From assembly GCF_009914755.1 (NCBI RefSeq), contig NC_060930.1: a DNA stretch of 64,000 nucleotides; one strand, given 5' to 3'. The translations under genes and the position numbers were made by a program. Origin of the DNA: the human T2T-CHM13v2.0 reference genome, Homo sapiens. Each line of letters opens with the position of its first letter. Within the stretch, counting starts at the first letter, position 1. Under the pieces are notes generated by a model that had not been told where the DNA came from, did not search any database, and was given only the letters and a program-made list of their open reading frames with translations. Below are positions 1 through 15,573 of this stretch, piece by piece.

Positions 1-299
1 AGCTTTGTTAAAATACATTTCACAAACTTTCCTCAGTGAGCACAAAAGACATTTTGGATATATCTTTTTCTAAAATTGAGGCTTTTATCTCAGAATGTAT
101 TTATTATTGGAGTTTTAGTTTTATCACCAGAGCCACCTAATCATATATTGTATATCTTACAAATGCATGCCTCTCTTTTAAGGCAATCTGCATAGAATCC
201 TAGTCATAATTTGAAAACATCAACTTTTTAAATATCACAGCACCTGTGGTATTATCTCCAAAAAAAAAAAAAGAGTAGTTTTCACCACATACTCATCAA

Positions 300-1349
300 A
301 GTATAATTTCTCAATTATCTTTTCGATTTCTGCTTATATATTCTGTCCCTCTGAGCATCAATCTCCTACATTCTGTTTATGTACATCGGGCACTAGATTG
401 AACTATTAAAGCAAAACTAGACAAAACACAAAAGACTTTACTCCTCCTACAGCCATAATCCTTCCCCCTTCCCCGCAAAATCTACACTTTAGTCTCCATT
501 TTTGCACCTCCCATTCCAACCTGTCTTTATCTTTCACTCCACTGACTGCCCTTGTGTCTTCTGCCCTCGTAAAACAAACTTGTAAGTGACATTCACAAAG
601 TTGATAACTTTTGCTTCTTGAAACATCTATTTCTGAAACATCTATAATACCAAGCTCTTAACTTTTCCTTTAATATCTCTGGCAATTTCTTTCAGCCTCT
701 CTTGCTTTATTTTCCACCATTGAATTTGTAGGTGTTGGACTTCCCCAGGTCTTGATCCTGGACTGTATTCCCTTTTTCTTTTGACACACTGTCTCTTTTT
801 AGTCTCATCTATTCCAAGAGCATTAACTATAATCTATAAAGATTCCCATATTTAAAACTTCAGCTCAATCTCTTCCATTACACTTTTAATAAAGTCCAAA
901 CACCTATACATGTTCCTGCATATTCTGACTCCTAGTACAAACCACACTCCCCTTCCCCCACACATCATAAATATATATATATACATCACACAATGATCCA
1001 GCAATCAATGGCTGAGTCCTTTCAATACATCAGATCTCAATTTAAATGCTGTCTCTCAGAGAGGCCTGCTCTAATAATCTTATCTATTTAAATAACTTCC
1101 CACCCCAACGCATTATATTCTATCATTGCCTTAAGTTTATTTTCTCCACTGCCCTTACTCAGAGTTGAACTTGTGGACATTTTGTCTTTATTCACTGTGT
1201 GCCTCCCTTGTCAAACTGTAAGCTCCATTAGGGCAGATCTTGTCTGTTTATCCACTTCTGTGTACTCAGCACCTAGTACAAAGCTTGGCATATAGTAGGC
1301 ATTTTTTAAATATTTCCTTCAAGATGCATGCATGCATGAATGAATGAAC
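300..1349 (+). mobile_element. L2 LINE fragments ending in an L2a 3' terminus
   Basis: Typical L2 3' end (GCACCTAGTACAAAGCTTGGCATATAGTAGGC...TGAATGAATGAA) at ~1270-1349, preceded by degenerate pyrimidine-rich L2 ORF2-like sequence; boundaries approximate. Confidence 0.7.
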
Positions 1350-2609
1350 ACATTCATTTTTTTCTAGTAGCTTATTTCAGAAAAGCTATGTGGTTTTAAT
1401 ATCCTTCTTGTAATTTATAGTTCTATACAGATAATTCCTGAAAAAAAAATCCTATTGGAAAGTGTGATAATTAAATATGATTTTATACCATTATCAATAG
1501 TTATTTTGTCAAAATTATTTTCACAGTTAATAAGTTTATAAACATATAAGATGATGACAAATTTAACTCCTAAAAGTTTACAATTGTAACTATGAAAAGG
1601 CCAACCCAAGAGCAATGGGTCATCTTAGCTTTGGCCTGTTTCTCTTGTGTGTCTATATATTTTGCCCAGGTTATAATTGTTTTGTTATGAGACAAGTCAA
1701 CTTGTTAATTGTTCAAATATTATAATCTAATCAAGTAGGTGAAACGTTATTTCTTCAAAAATATCACCTTGTGGTGGAAGAGAGAAAGAATATCCATGCT
1801 TCTTTTATCTACAGTGAAGGTGAAGAGCAACATAAACTTCAGGTAAGTGTGCCTTGTGAACACTTGGAATTGCCAAATTTGATCATATTGCTTAGTTGTG
1901 TCATCCTTTTCATCTTTTGGGGGAACTCAAAGATAGGTTTCATCACTATAAAGTGTAGGTGTTCAAAAACCATCTCTTATTGTATGAATTTTATCATCTT
2001 GGACATTCCTGAAAGTATCATTTTTATAGATACTATTGATAGCCTCTTTCAACTTCCATTTCACTCCACTTTCACTTGAGAAAATTGGAATGCATCTTAC
2101 AGACTCACTTGCAGCCAGAGTTCTGGAGACATATCAAGTTCCACCAGACTGAAAGCAGAAATGGTTTGGCAGAGCAGATGAATGATTTGGCAAATGAAGA
2201 TGTTAGTAATCTGCTGAGGCTTGCCTCAACATTTCCAGGATCTAGTCTTTGTGGTTGTGAGAAGACAGTGCTGGTGAACAAAGCAGTCTCCTAACCTGTT
2301 GATCTGCCCTGATGCTTAATAATCCAAATTTTGATTATTTGATTTCAGTTATTTTAGTCCTTCAATAACATTGTAGGTACTCAGTTCCCTGTATAGAATG
2401 TCTTCTAGCAGTGCCAACTACAGTGTTTAGTGTTTCTAGCACTGAAGTCTAATACAAACCTAGAGAGATGTTTTTAAAGTCTTTATTTCTTTTGTTGATT
2501 GCTTTTTTCATGGTATTTCTTCAAGTAAAAATGTACCTTATAACATTGCAAAAATACCAAGATGATTTTTTTTTAATTTTACATAATGTTTTTAATTGGC
2601 AGGTATTTA

Positions 2610-2763
2610 TTTAATTTTTTGCCATGGATGATTTCAAATATACACTAAATAAAGGAGTGTTATAATTAACCCCAATATACCAATTGCTCAGTTTCAACCC
2701 CTATTAATTAATGGGTTGGCAATTTTGTATCATATAAAGCCCATCCACCTACAACTTCCCCAG
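2610..2763 (-). mobile_element. Old mammalian L1 (L1MC4/L1MC5-like) 3' end fragment
   Basis: ATTTCAAATATACAC...TATAATTAACCCCAATATACC...CAGTTTCAAC...GGCAATTTTGTATCAT resembles the reverse complement of the L1MC 3' end as I recall it. Confidence 0.55.
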
Positions 2764-2857
2764 AGATCACTGGCAAAGTGTGATTTACCAGTGTCATACG
2801 GTAGAAGCCCATTTATCACTGAATAGAGTTTAAGCCTTAGGTTTGTCATGTCGGCAT

Positions 2858-3000
2858 AATAATACAATATAAGGGAATAAAATAAAATAATAATATAACA
2901 TATAACATATAACTAAATGCATATATTTTATAATATAAATAATATTAACATTAACATAAATATAATAAAATATCACAATAACACTCATATATTAAATAAG
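2858..3000. repeat. AT-rich low-complexity tract
   Basis: Near-pure A/T with ATAAA/ATATA units. Confidence 0.85.
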
Positions 3001-3288
3001 CATGTAGGCATATCTTATGCCTTATAAATTTGCTATTTGGGGCTACAGTAGTGAGATCATATGCTCTGCCATGTTCCTCTACTTTAGGAAGAAATGACCT
3101 TTGTCCCCCAGCTCTTCAAGATTTCAGGTTATTCTCAATTTCTCTCATTATCTCTGTAAAATTTTACTACTTTCATAATAAGCTTGAAACCTGCTGTTTG
3201 TAAACCATATTGCTGTCACATGAAAATATAAAGAATTATTAAACCCTAAAAAGAAACGAGTTAAAAACTAGCACTAACTGAAACTCAA

Positions 3289-3364
3289 TCTCTCTGTCTC
3301 TCTCTCTCTCTCTCTGACACAGACACACACAAACACAAACACACACACACACACATGCACACAC
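3289..3364. repeat. Compound (CT)n(CA)n microsatellite
   Basis: Directly visible. Confidence 0.95.
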
Positions 3365-5027
3365 TGTTTTGAGTATTTGGGGGTTGAGGGATTGTAAACA
3401 AATAAACTCTGCCTATCTTTTATCAGGAAGTTGAACTGATTTGGAAAAATCAATGGAATTTTGTGTAATCAAAAGTAAAAATGACAAGCATACAAACAGA
3501 AAACTGGCTCCAAGAAAGACAACACTAGCTGAATAGTCCTGCCTAGATGTGCTGAGCAATTACTCAGTTTGGTCTCTGCTTCGGTGGCTGAGCACTGTCC
3601 TTGTAGGAAGTGATATGGGCATAATCCGTTCTCTTGCCAGTGGTGCACAACCTCACTTTGACATGACTGCTGGGCTAATAACACAGGTCTCCCAGTGGCA
3701 GGGGAGTATCAGATTTTCCCATGAACCATTGCACATAAACAAGTTTCATCATTTCCCTCAAAAAGCTAAAACCAAGCCAAACACACATGCACACACACAT
3801 ACGCATGAGCACACACAAACACACACAAAACCATTGAGTTTTGCCAAAAACACGTTTTCAGATTTTGCATTTGCGTGCATATGAAAAATGCTTGAAAATT
3901 ACAACTCAAAATTTTCTTCTGCAACTCTTTTAGTAAAATTGATGGCAAGGAAGAAGTATCTTGGTTTATCTTTACCCCTCAATCATGTAATTTTCACAAA
4001 TCCACTGCTCTAAGCAAGCAGTTTCTCAGATTCATAGAGTCAGAACTGTTTTTCCCTTCTTATGATAAAATACATATTTCATCAGAAAATAAGAAAGTTT
4101 TAAAAGAAAATGAGTGAATATTTAATAGAACAATAGACTACAATAATACAGCCTTAATAATGGAAATTTGGATGCAAAGGAATGGGCAATCAACTCTTGG
4201 ACACACAGAATGTCTGGCTGATCCTTCTTGCTCATTTCATGGGCCACATAATCATGCAATTCTTAATATTTTACATTTTTTCTACCCCATTTATAGCATG
4301 ATGCCAGATATTTCTACGCATTTCTATTTGCTGCTTGCTAATCATAATCTTTATATAGTTGACATCCTATGTATGCTCTTCTTTTTAGGGTCCTCACCAC
4401 CATCATTTTTTCCACATACATTATTACTACTTAGAAAAGGAAAGATTTTCACTAAAATGCCGTCTAACCCAGCCTGCCCTCCCCAGACGGTTCCCCACCC
4501 TGAAGTTTTCAATCTTCTTCGTTTAAGCTTACCTACCACCTCATGTTCTGGGGTACAATTTTTAGCTTACTATTACACAGGAAAGATCTGGAAATCTCAT
4601 TTACTTTAAGTTCTTAATAGCTGAGAGGAATTAGGTTTTTACCCCATATACACAAGCCCTAGAAGATGTGCATTTTAATAGGGGACGATTCCTTCATAAC
4701 TCAAAGGAATGGAATGGTTCTAATGGTAGAATTTTAAGCATCACTGACATCAGTGGAGGAAATCTTTCAGGTGAGAATGCTTATCACCAAACCATAATAC
4801 TTGAGATGATTGTCTTTTCCATGTAAACTTAAGCCTAACCTGAATCGAAGCCAATATTCATGTTTGAACAAGAATAGAAACAGAACAAAATTTAAAGCAA
4901 AAATCGAAACTGTCAAATAGTTGAATAACCTTATTTCTTAATAGGGTGCATTATTCTTTCTCAGCTTCTTATCTTTGCAATGTGGTATTGTTATTACTAT
5001 GTATCTCTTCTCAAGTTCATTGTATCT

Positions 5028-5729
5028 TGACCAAGGTGGTCCTCACCTTGATTAAACTTTAATAGGTTTCTTTCTGACCTTCAGCAGCTCCTAATCTCCC
5101 TTTTCTTAGAGCATTTACTTCAGAAAACTGGAAAACTTGTCATTGTAAATTCTTTCTCTACTTTATTGAGATACAGATTTTTTTTTTTTTTTTTGTAGGG
5201 GGATGAGGAGACAGGGTCTTCCTCTGCTACCCAGGCTGGAGTGCAGTAGTGCAATTATGGTGCTCACTACAGCCTCAACCTCCTGGGCTCAAGCAATGCT
5301 CCTGTCTTGGCCACTCTAGTAGCTGGGACATTTACAAGCCACTTTTCAGTTTCACAACCCATAAAGCCTTTCTCAAGGAACTGAGAGCCATCCCTTTGAA
5401 ATGTAATCATCAAGAAAGATAGTGCCCCATCTCTAAGTTTCTGTGGAAGAGTAGGAGCCTAACTTCCTTGGACTCCTCGCTCCACATTGTGAAACTACTT
5501 CTTACCATGCAGATATAAGACTGAAAGTTTACGTTTTGAGGGGGAAAAGCCAATATGCAAAAACAGATGTCCTGTGATTCCCCATACCAGCCATTACAAA
5601 CATTCCTGCGTTTTTTTGGGGGGGAATTGAGTTCAGACTCAATTCCAGTCTCTCTGTCCTATTGCAATAGCCTTGAATAAAGTCTTCTTTGCCTGTTTAA
5701 CTTTGTCTAGTGCAAGTTTTGCTTTGACC
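5028..5729 (+). mobile_element. ERV1 solo LTR (MER67-like), interrupted by an Alu fragment
   Basis: Starts TGACCAAG; contains TTTTCTTAGAGCATTTACTT, GAGCCATCCCTTTGAAATGTAATCATCAAGAAAGATAG and GTAGGAGCCTAACTTC blocks; AATAAA near the end; ends TTTGAC. Confidence 0.7.
5177..5330 (-). mobile_element. AluJ right-arm fragment
   Basis: Poly-T then GAGACAGGGTCTT...CCCAGGCTGGAGTGCAG...CTCCTGGGCTCAAGC (J-type diagnostics). Confidence 0.85.
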
Positions 5730-6867
5730 TTCACGTCTTGGGTAGATATAAGTAACTGTGTGCAATTTGTGTATGTTGCATGAGGAGTCTTTCATGAAGC
5801 AAACATCCTGAACGTAATCCATCTAAGGAAACAAAGAAAGTGCAATACCTTTTTTTTCCACATCAATGGCAGTTTCCTTCTCACTTTTCTTTTTGATATC
5901 TTCTTTTTCTGCTGGTAAAATAAGAAAGTTATAAGCCTTTACCTGTTTAACTTGCAAATATTTCAGGGCATGCATGACTACCAGTGAGGCATCTAATTTA
6001 TCTTGTATAGAGAAATCTTAAATCAGCCATAAGTCATGTCAAATATGAATAAGGTAGCACCTTCATAACAGACTAGTGGCTTAGGTATAATTTCTCTTCA
6101 GGAAACAGAATTTTTTTTTTTTTTGCCAAAGGCAAAAATTATTTAATAACAGTGAAAACATTAAATGGCATTATTAATTATGGTATTATTTAACAGCTTT
6201 CCTAACATATATTGAAAAGAATATATTGAATGTTCTCTGAGCTATGAGGTCACCAGAACCATGTCAAAAGTTCTGAAATCTCTGAAGTTCACTTGGGACA
6301 TCAGATAAATTATTTGAAAACAACCAATTAAAATATATATATATGTGTAAAGCAAACCAATCAAGTATTTTCTGCCCTCTACATAAAATGACTTTTAAAA
6401 TTAGACTGAATTAGTTAAATAGTAACCATCATATTCACATATATAGTTAAAGTAAAGTAGTGAATTAGAGAGAATTAAGCAGCTGCTCTTAAGAAAGAAA
6501 AAATAATCACAGTAGTAATTTTCAAAAAGTGTTTAGGATTGAATTCTCTTTTTAAAAATTGACAATTTTAATTTTATTTGGAATATCTAGACATGTTAAG
6601 AGTGTTCACTAATAACAATGACAATGCATTTATTAAGGGAATTTCTTTCCTAGAAAATAATAGATTTACCAGTAGTATTATGCATGGACACTAATTGATT
6701 TATGTGGTACATGGCTTTTAAATTTCCTACCTTTCTTTTTTGTTTCAGAAGTAACTTTCTTCTCAGCCTTCTTCTTTTCCCCTTCTTTTTCTAGAGAATA
6801 CATTTAAAATATTTCCTTTAGGGAAATTTAGTATGAAAGCAAAACCAAGGTTGAAATGAAGGATTTT

Positions 6868-7020
6868 TGTTAAGTCAGTTCTGCCTCCAGCTAGCTTTGT
6901 GACTGAGCAAGTAATTTAATCCCACTAAGTCTTATTTTCCTCATTTATCAAATAATAATACCTCCCTCAAAGTTAATGTTTACAAAACACTGTGTAAAGT
7001 GCCTGGCTCACAGTAAATGT
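6868..7020 (+). mobile_element. MIR SINE
   Basis: TGTGACTGAGCAAGTAATTTAATC...TTTTCCTCATTTAT...AATAATACCT core; GTAAAGTGCCTGGCTCACAGTAA. Confidence 0.75.
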
Positions 7021-9929
7021 GTAACGTTGTAGACTGCTAATACTGTTTACAAATAATGAATGTGATAGTTTGAACTTTCTGAACCAAACAATTGTTTATC
7101 TAGTGCCTAAAAGTATTGATATATAAAATTAAAATATATTTCTTGGAAAATATACTGCAGATAAACTAGAAGAATTAATATTTGTTTTCTTTTATACATT
7201 TAATTTCATTAGAAATAATATATTAGACCATTAAAAAGGTATCTTTTGATGTAGCTGTTTTTCATATCTGGCTCTTGCCAACAGGCATTTAAGCCTGATG
7301 ACAAGTGTCTGGCGGTGTGTTGGAAACATAACTTCCACGGTCCTTTCTGAGTGGTTGTATCAACAAGGCTGTTCAATCTTTGCACCCAGAGGTTGCAGTA
7401 AGTCTGGATGCCACATCAAACTGTTTGTGGTACTTCTAAACTTCGTGGAAGAGCCCTGTTTCATAAATCTGAGACAGCCTTGGTCTGAGGGAGCAAAGAC
7501 AGAGAATTCACGTGCTGCCCAGGCATAGCCACATAGCAGGTGGACATCCCTGGACACTTTTCTGGTAAGCATAATCATTTTAGATAACAAAGTCCTGTAC
7601 TAATACATAGTTGTTGAAATTGAATGTTCAGTGGTTTTAGATTTGGGACAATAATAGCTACGGTTAATGTTGTAAATGTACTGATTTTTATCTTCAATTA
7701 GCAGTGCTATTTACCTTATATTTGAAATTCCTTTCTCTTTGTCAGTTGTCTCTCATCTCAGGTACAGGTACATTCAAAGACTTCCGTTACCCAGAACTAT
7801 TATAAGATCATTATTATGCTAAAGAAATTCAATATGTAGTTCTAGAATGAATCCTTAAGTTGTCTACTAATGACTGCATCTTATTAAATAGAGGAATTAA
7901 CTCATTCCCATAGGTATAGAGCTTTTTTACCTACAAGATCAAAGACAACACTTTCTTTCAATGTTAGACATATAATTTATAAAGAACCCCTTTCATGATT
8001 TCTAGAGATAATCTAATGTCTCAGGGAAAAATGTATTCACACTTTGTCTAAAAGTGTCTACAGCATACTATTACAGCTCATCCAATCAGAAGTAGAAAGT
8101 CAAGAAGTCAAATTTTGATAGTTTCAGAGATAGAAATAAACCAATTGATTTCCACTTCTTCTTTTCTAAAGGTTTATGCATATTAAACATGTAGATCATA
8201 TTTAAAATTCTGAATGAAGATACTTTCAAGTATCACTACTTTCAGCTTCTCTGGGAGAAATTTTATGTAGTAGTGAATTTTACATCTTCTCTAAATAAAT
8301 GTATATGCCAGACAATTGAATAGCCATTTGCTAAGCATCACCTCTGATGTCATGTATCAGCAAAGGGGTTAATTAAAATACAAATGACTTGTAAATATTT
8401 CTAAGCTCAAGCTAAACACTAATGCCATACTAACCATAAGATCAGAACTCAGTATCCAAGTCTCCAAGTTTCATAAGGTTGATGAATAAATATTTCATTA
8501 AAAAGCTTGTGCCAATTAGTCAATCTTACACCGAACTTCACAAAGAAAGTAGATATTTGAACCCAGAATATGGAAGGCATTCATTTATTTTTCAATTTTC
8601 TTTTAGACAATGCTCTTGTGCAACAAATTCTACCCTTCAAATTAATATAGCTGGAATTTTATTGTGGTGATACAGTATTCTTGTCTTCGTCCAAATTGAA
8701 TTAATGCTCCTATTATACACTCTGCTTGTGATTACAGTCATACACTGTGAGAGTCATGAATAAGAGCAGAAGTCCACAAAATGCAGATTAATGTCCTTTA
8801 ATAACATTTTTATGAATTAGACCTTTAAGCTGTCATTATGAGACTTACTTTATTCATGCTGAATTTCATTTAAAATGTCAACTTCTCAAGATTCTACATT
8901 TCCTCAAGCACTATTGTCTCTGTTATATAGGTGATTTGGTAGCAATGGAATTAAATTTTTCACTTATAAAAACATAACAATTTGATTATATCCTACTTGG
9001 ATATAAAAATAACCCATGTTTCTTTTATGAAAACTTCCTTGCCCCTGACTTTTTCTTCCTCAACAGCCAAGAGTACTCTTCCCTTTCTGTCTACCTGACT
9101 TTGAACACACATAAAAAATTTCCTCTTCCATCTCTTTCTCATTGGTTTGCCATTTTGTTTGTAACAGCTAGAGAAGAATTAGAGCATTTAAGCCCATTGA
9201 TGTTCAGAAGATTAAAAATTAAATGTATCTACAGGATGTGAAAGTATCAGAATATTACCTTTCCCTGACAAAAGTATAATAAGCCCTGAAATGATGGCTG
9301 TATTCTGGCAGGGATCACAGAAGAGTGTGGTTGGGAAAGAAATCTTCCCTACAATGAGCAGCTCTGAGCCACAAATATGTTATTAGCTTCTGCATAAATT
9401 AACATCAGATGAAAGAAAAATTAAACGACTTACTTCTTACTTTCTAAGCCCTCACAATGGGCTTTTCTCTTGCTTTTAAATGTTTTTTATGCCATCTCAA
9501 AGCCAGACAATACACAATATTTAATTACAATTGCAAAGCTTTCTAAGATGCTGTTTCCACGAGGAAACAAATGCAAAATGTTTTATTTTTGTCTTATGTT
9601 TTGTTCCTCCCCTCTTTGCCCTTCTAGTGTAGAGATTATCCTAATTCTGTGTATCAGATGAGTGCTTTTATTCTAACACTGTGGCCAGAACTGATGTATT
9701 CCTGGTTCCAGTTAAGTAAATAAGAACTTGTTTCTTTAATAACAATGCATTCCAACATACCTCATCACTGTCACCTTGTTTTCTTAGAGTGGCAGAGATT
9801 GGCCTGGAACCCAGCTCACAATATGACCATGGAAAATTTTACATAAGCTGAAGATAAGTTCAATTACACGAGTGATTATTAGAGTTGTCCCATTGTTATC
9901 TACAGAGGGGTGTGGAGCACGAGAGAAAG

Positions 9930-10530
<601 letters not shown>

Positions 10531-11440
10531 TTACTGATCTCTTTGAGTAAATGCAACTTTATTCTTATTTTTCTATATCCAGGGAGGGTATGTCTAGAAT
10601 ATTTTGTATTAAGAAACTAAAGGGAAAAAAATACCCATAAGCAAGACAGAAACATGTTATGAAGGGTACTGTACTGCAATGAAGTGGATTCAAGTCTCAA
10701 TTTTGCTATAATTAGTAGTCATTACCTTATGCAACTATAGATGAATGTTGTATCTTCTGTCTTCAACCATAAAAGGCAGAGAAATGAGTAGAATGTGTTT
10801 GAGTCCCCTTTCACCTGTTTATTCCTTATTTACCAAGTGAAATATGCATCATCTTGCATTTATTTTCTAATTTTCCTGGGAATGGGTAACCTAAAAAGAG
10901 TTGCAAATATCGATGGCATGTTGTCTGGTTTTGATATGGCTTAAAATTGTTTAAAGCAAGAGAAAAGTCCATTTTAGAGGCTTAAAATGAATATGTATGT
11001 ATATAATATATATATACATATACATATTATATATATTTTTTTGGACAAGTGATGATAAAGATTAGGAAAAAAAAAAAGAAAGCTTTGTTTTGAAAATTAA
11101 AGCCTGAGACCATAGGAGGTGGCTTGGTTTTTAAAAGGTGGATCAGGGTAAACCTTTCTGAATGGGCAATTGGAAAGATTATTGAAAAAAGTGGAAGAGC
11201 TTTGGGCTATTAGGGAGAAGACTTTTCAGCAGAGGAAAAATACCTGCAGAGATCCTGAAATGACAGCAGGCTAGATAAATTCAAAGAAGAGCCAGGCCTG
11301 GCTGGGCACGGTGGCTCACACCTGTAATCTCAGCACTTTGGGAGGCTGAGGCAGGTGGATCACGAGGTCAGGAGATCGAGACCATCCTGGCTAACAAGGG
11401 GAAATCCCGTCACGACTAAAAATACAAAAAATTAGCCAGG

Positions 11441-14215
<2,775 letters not shown>

Positions 14216-15496
14216 AAAAAATTAGCCAGGTGGCGTGGTGGTGGGCACCTGTAGCCCCAGCTGCTCCGGAGGCTGAAGCAGAAGAACGGCGTGAACCCAG
14301 GAGGTGGAGCTTGCAGTGAGCTGAGATTGTGCCACTGCACTCCAGCCTGGGCAACAGAGCCAGATTCCATCTCAAAAAAAAAAAAAAAAAAAAAAAGAAG
14401 AGCTAGGCCTAGTGAGGCCAGAGTAGAGGACTCAGGAGGGGAGTGTTGAGTGCTGCAGCCAAGATGTAGTAGGGCAGATCTCCTAGAATCTTTTTACTGG
14501 TATGAATTTTCCATTTCCCTGTGAGTAACATAGGAAGCCAGTGAGAGGTTTAAGCAGAGAAGTTATACAATTCTGAGTGATGGTTTAAGAAAAACTTTGG
14601 CTGTTGCTAGGTGGTCAAGTGTCTCATTGGATTTTGTGATCAAATTGAAAGGGAGAAGACTTAGGGAAAAAAATAATTCAGAACAAATATTCTTCTTCTA
14701 TTTTTTTTTCCAAAAATTTCCTCGGAATTTTATTTGGGACTCTGGAAGGCACGCAACTTTATAGCAACATGGTAAGAGTACCTCCCTTCACATTGTAATT
14801 AGGTTGCTATGACAGAAAAGCTTTTTAAATTAAGGACTTCACTTGAGTTATGTGGCATAACTAAGCTGGCCTTTCAGGCTCTGAATCCATTTTTTTTTTT
14901 GCCTTGACTTTTCTTTAGTGATAGCTGAATTATTCTCAGAAGTCTGCTCTTCTCATTATCAACTGTTAACAACAAACAACTAACAAGCAGCAATTCTACA
15001 GCACTTTCCAGTGACTACCCGAGACCTTTAGTCATACAATTTATTCACATAAATCAACAAATGCTTATCTAGTCTTATGCCAAAACCCTTTGCCTGTGTT
15101 TGGAGTTTTAAAAACCTCCTTCCAGTAATACTAGGTGTGACAGCAGTAAGTAAGAAAGTTCATAATTACAATAAGGACTTTGAGAAACAGTAGACGTGAA
15201 GCATGTGGGAATCAAGAGAGACATGCAACTCCCCATGGCTGAGTGGAGTGGAAAGCTACTCCTGGGGGTTGTAACCTCAGACTGAATCTAAAAGGGCCTG
15301 TGGGGCCCAGCATGAACTCTGGATAGCACGTGTTATTATAAATGCCAGCTGAAGGAACTGAGGTACAGTCATAGCTCATGTCTTGCAGATGCAGTTGAGA
15401 ACTCAGTGAAGCTATATCATTCATGAAATAAATGTTGTAAAGGACTCTAGGTCTTATCTGTTTAAATTCAAACTTCTTCAAGATACCATACTACAG

Positions 15497-15573
15497 GCAG
15501 TGACCCAAGATTGTGGCCACTGCACTCTAGTCTGGGCCACAGAGTGAGATCAGTTTCAAAAAAAAAAAAAAAA
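15497..15573 (+). mobile_element. Alu 3'-terminal fragment with A tail, fused to the 5' end of the L1PB1
   Basis: GCAGTGACCCAAGATTGTGGCCACTGCACTCTAGTCTGGGCCACAGAGTGAGA...A16. Confidence 0.85.

Noticed and set aside
4160-4609. 149-aa plus-strand ORF
   Set aside because: No recognisable homology or splice context; compatible with chance
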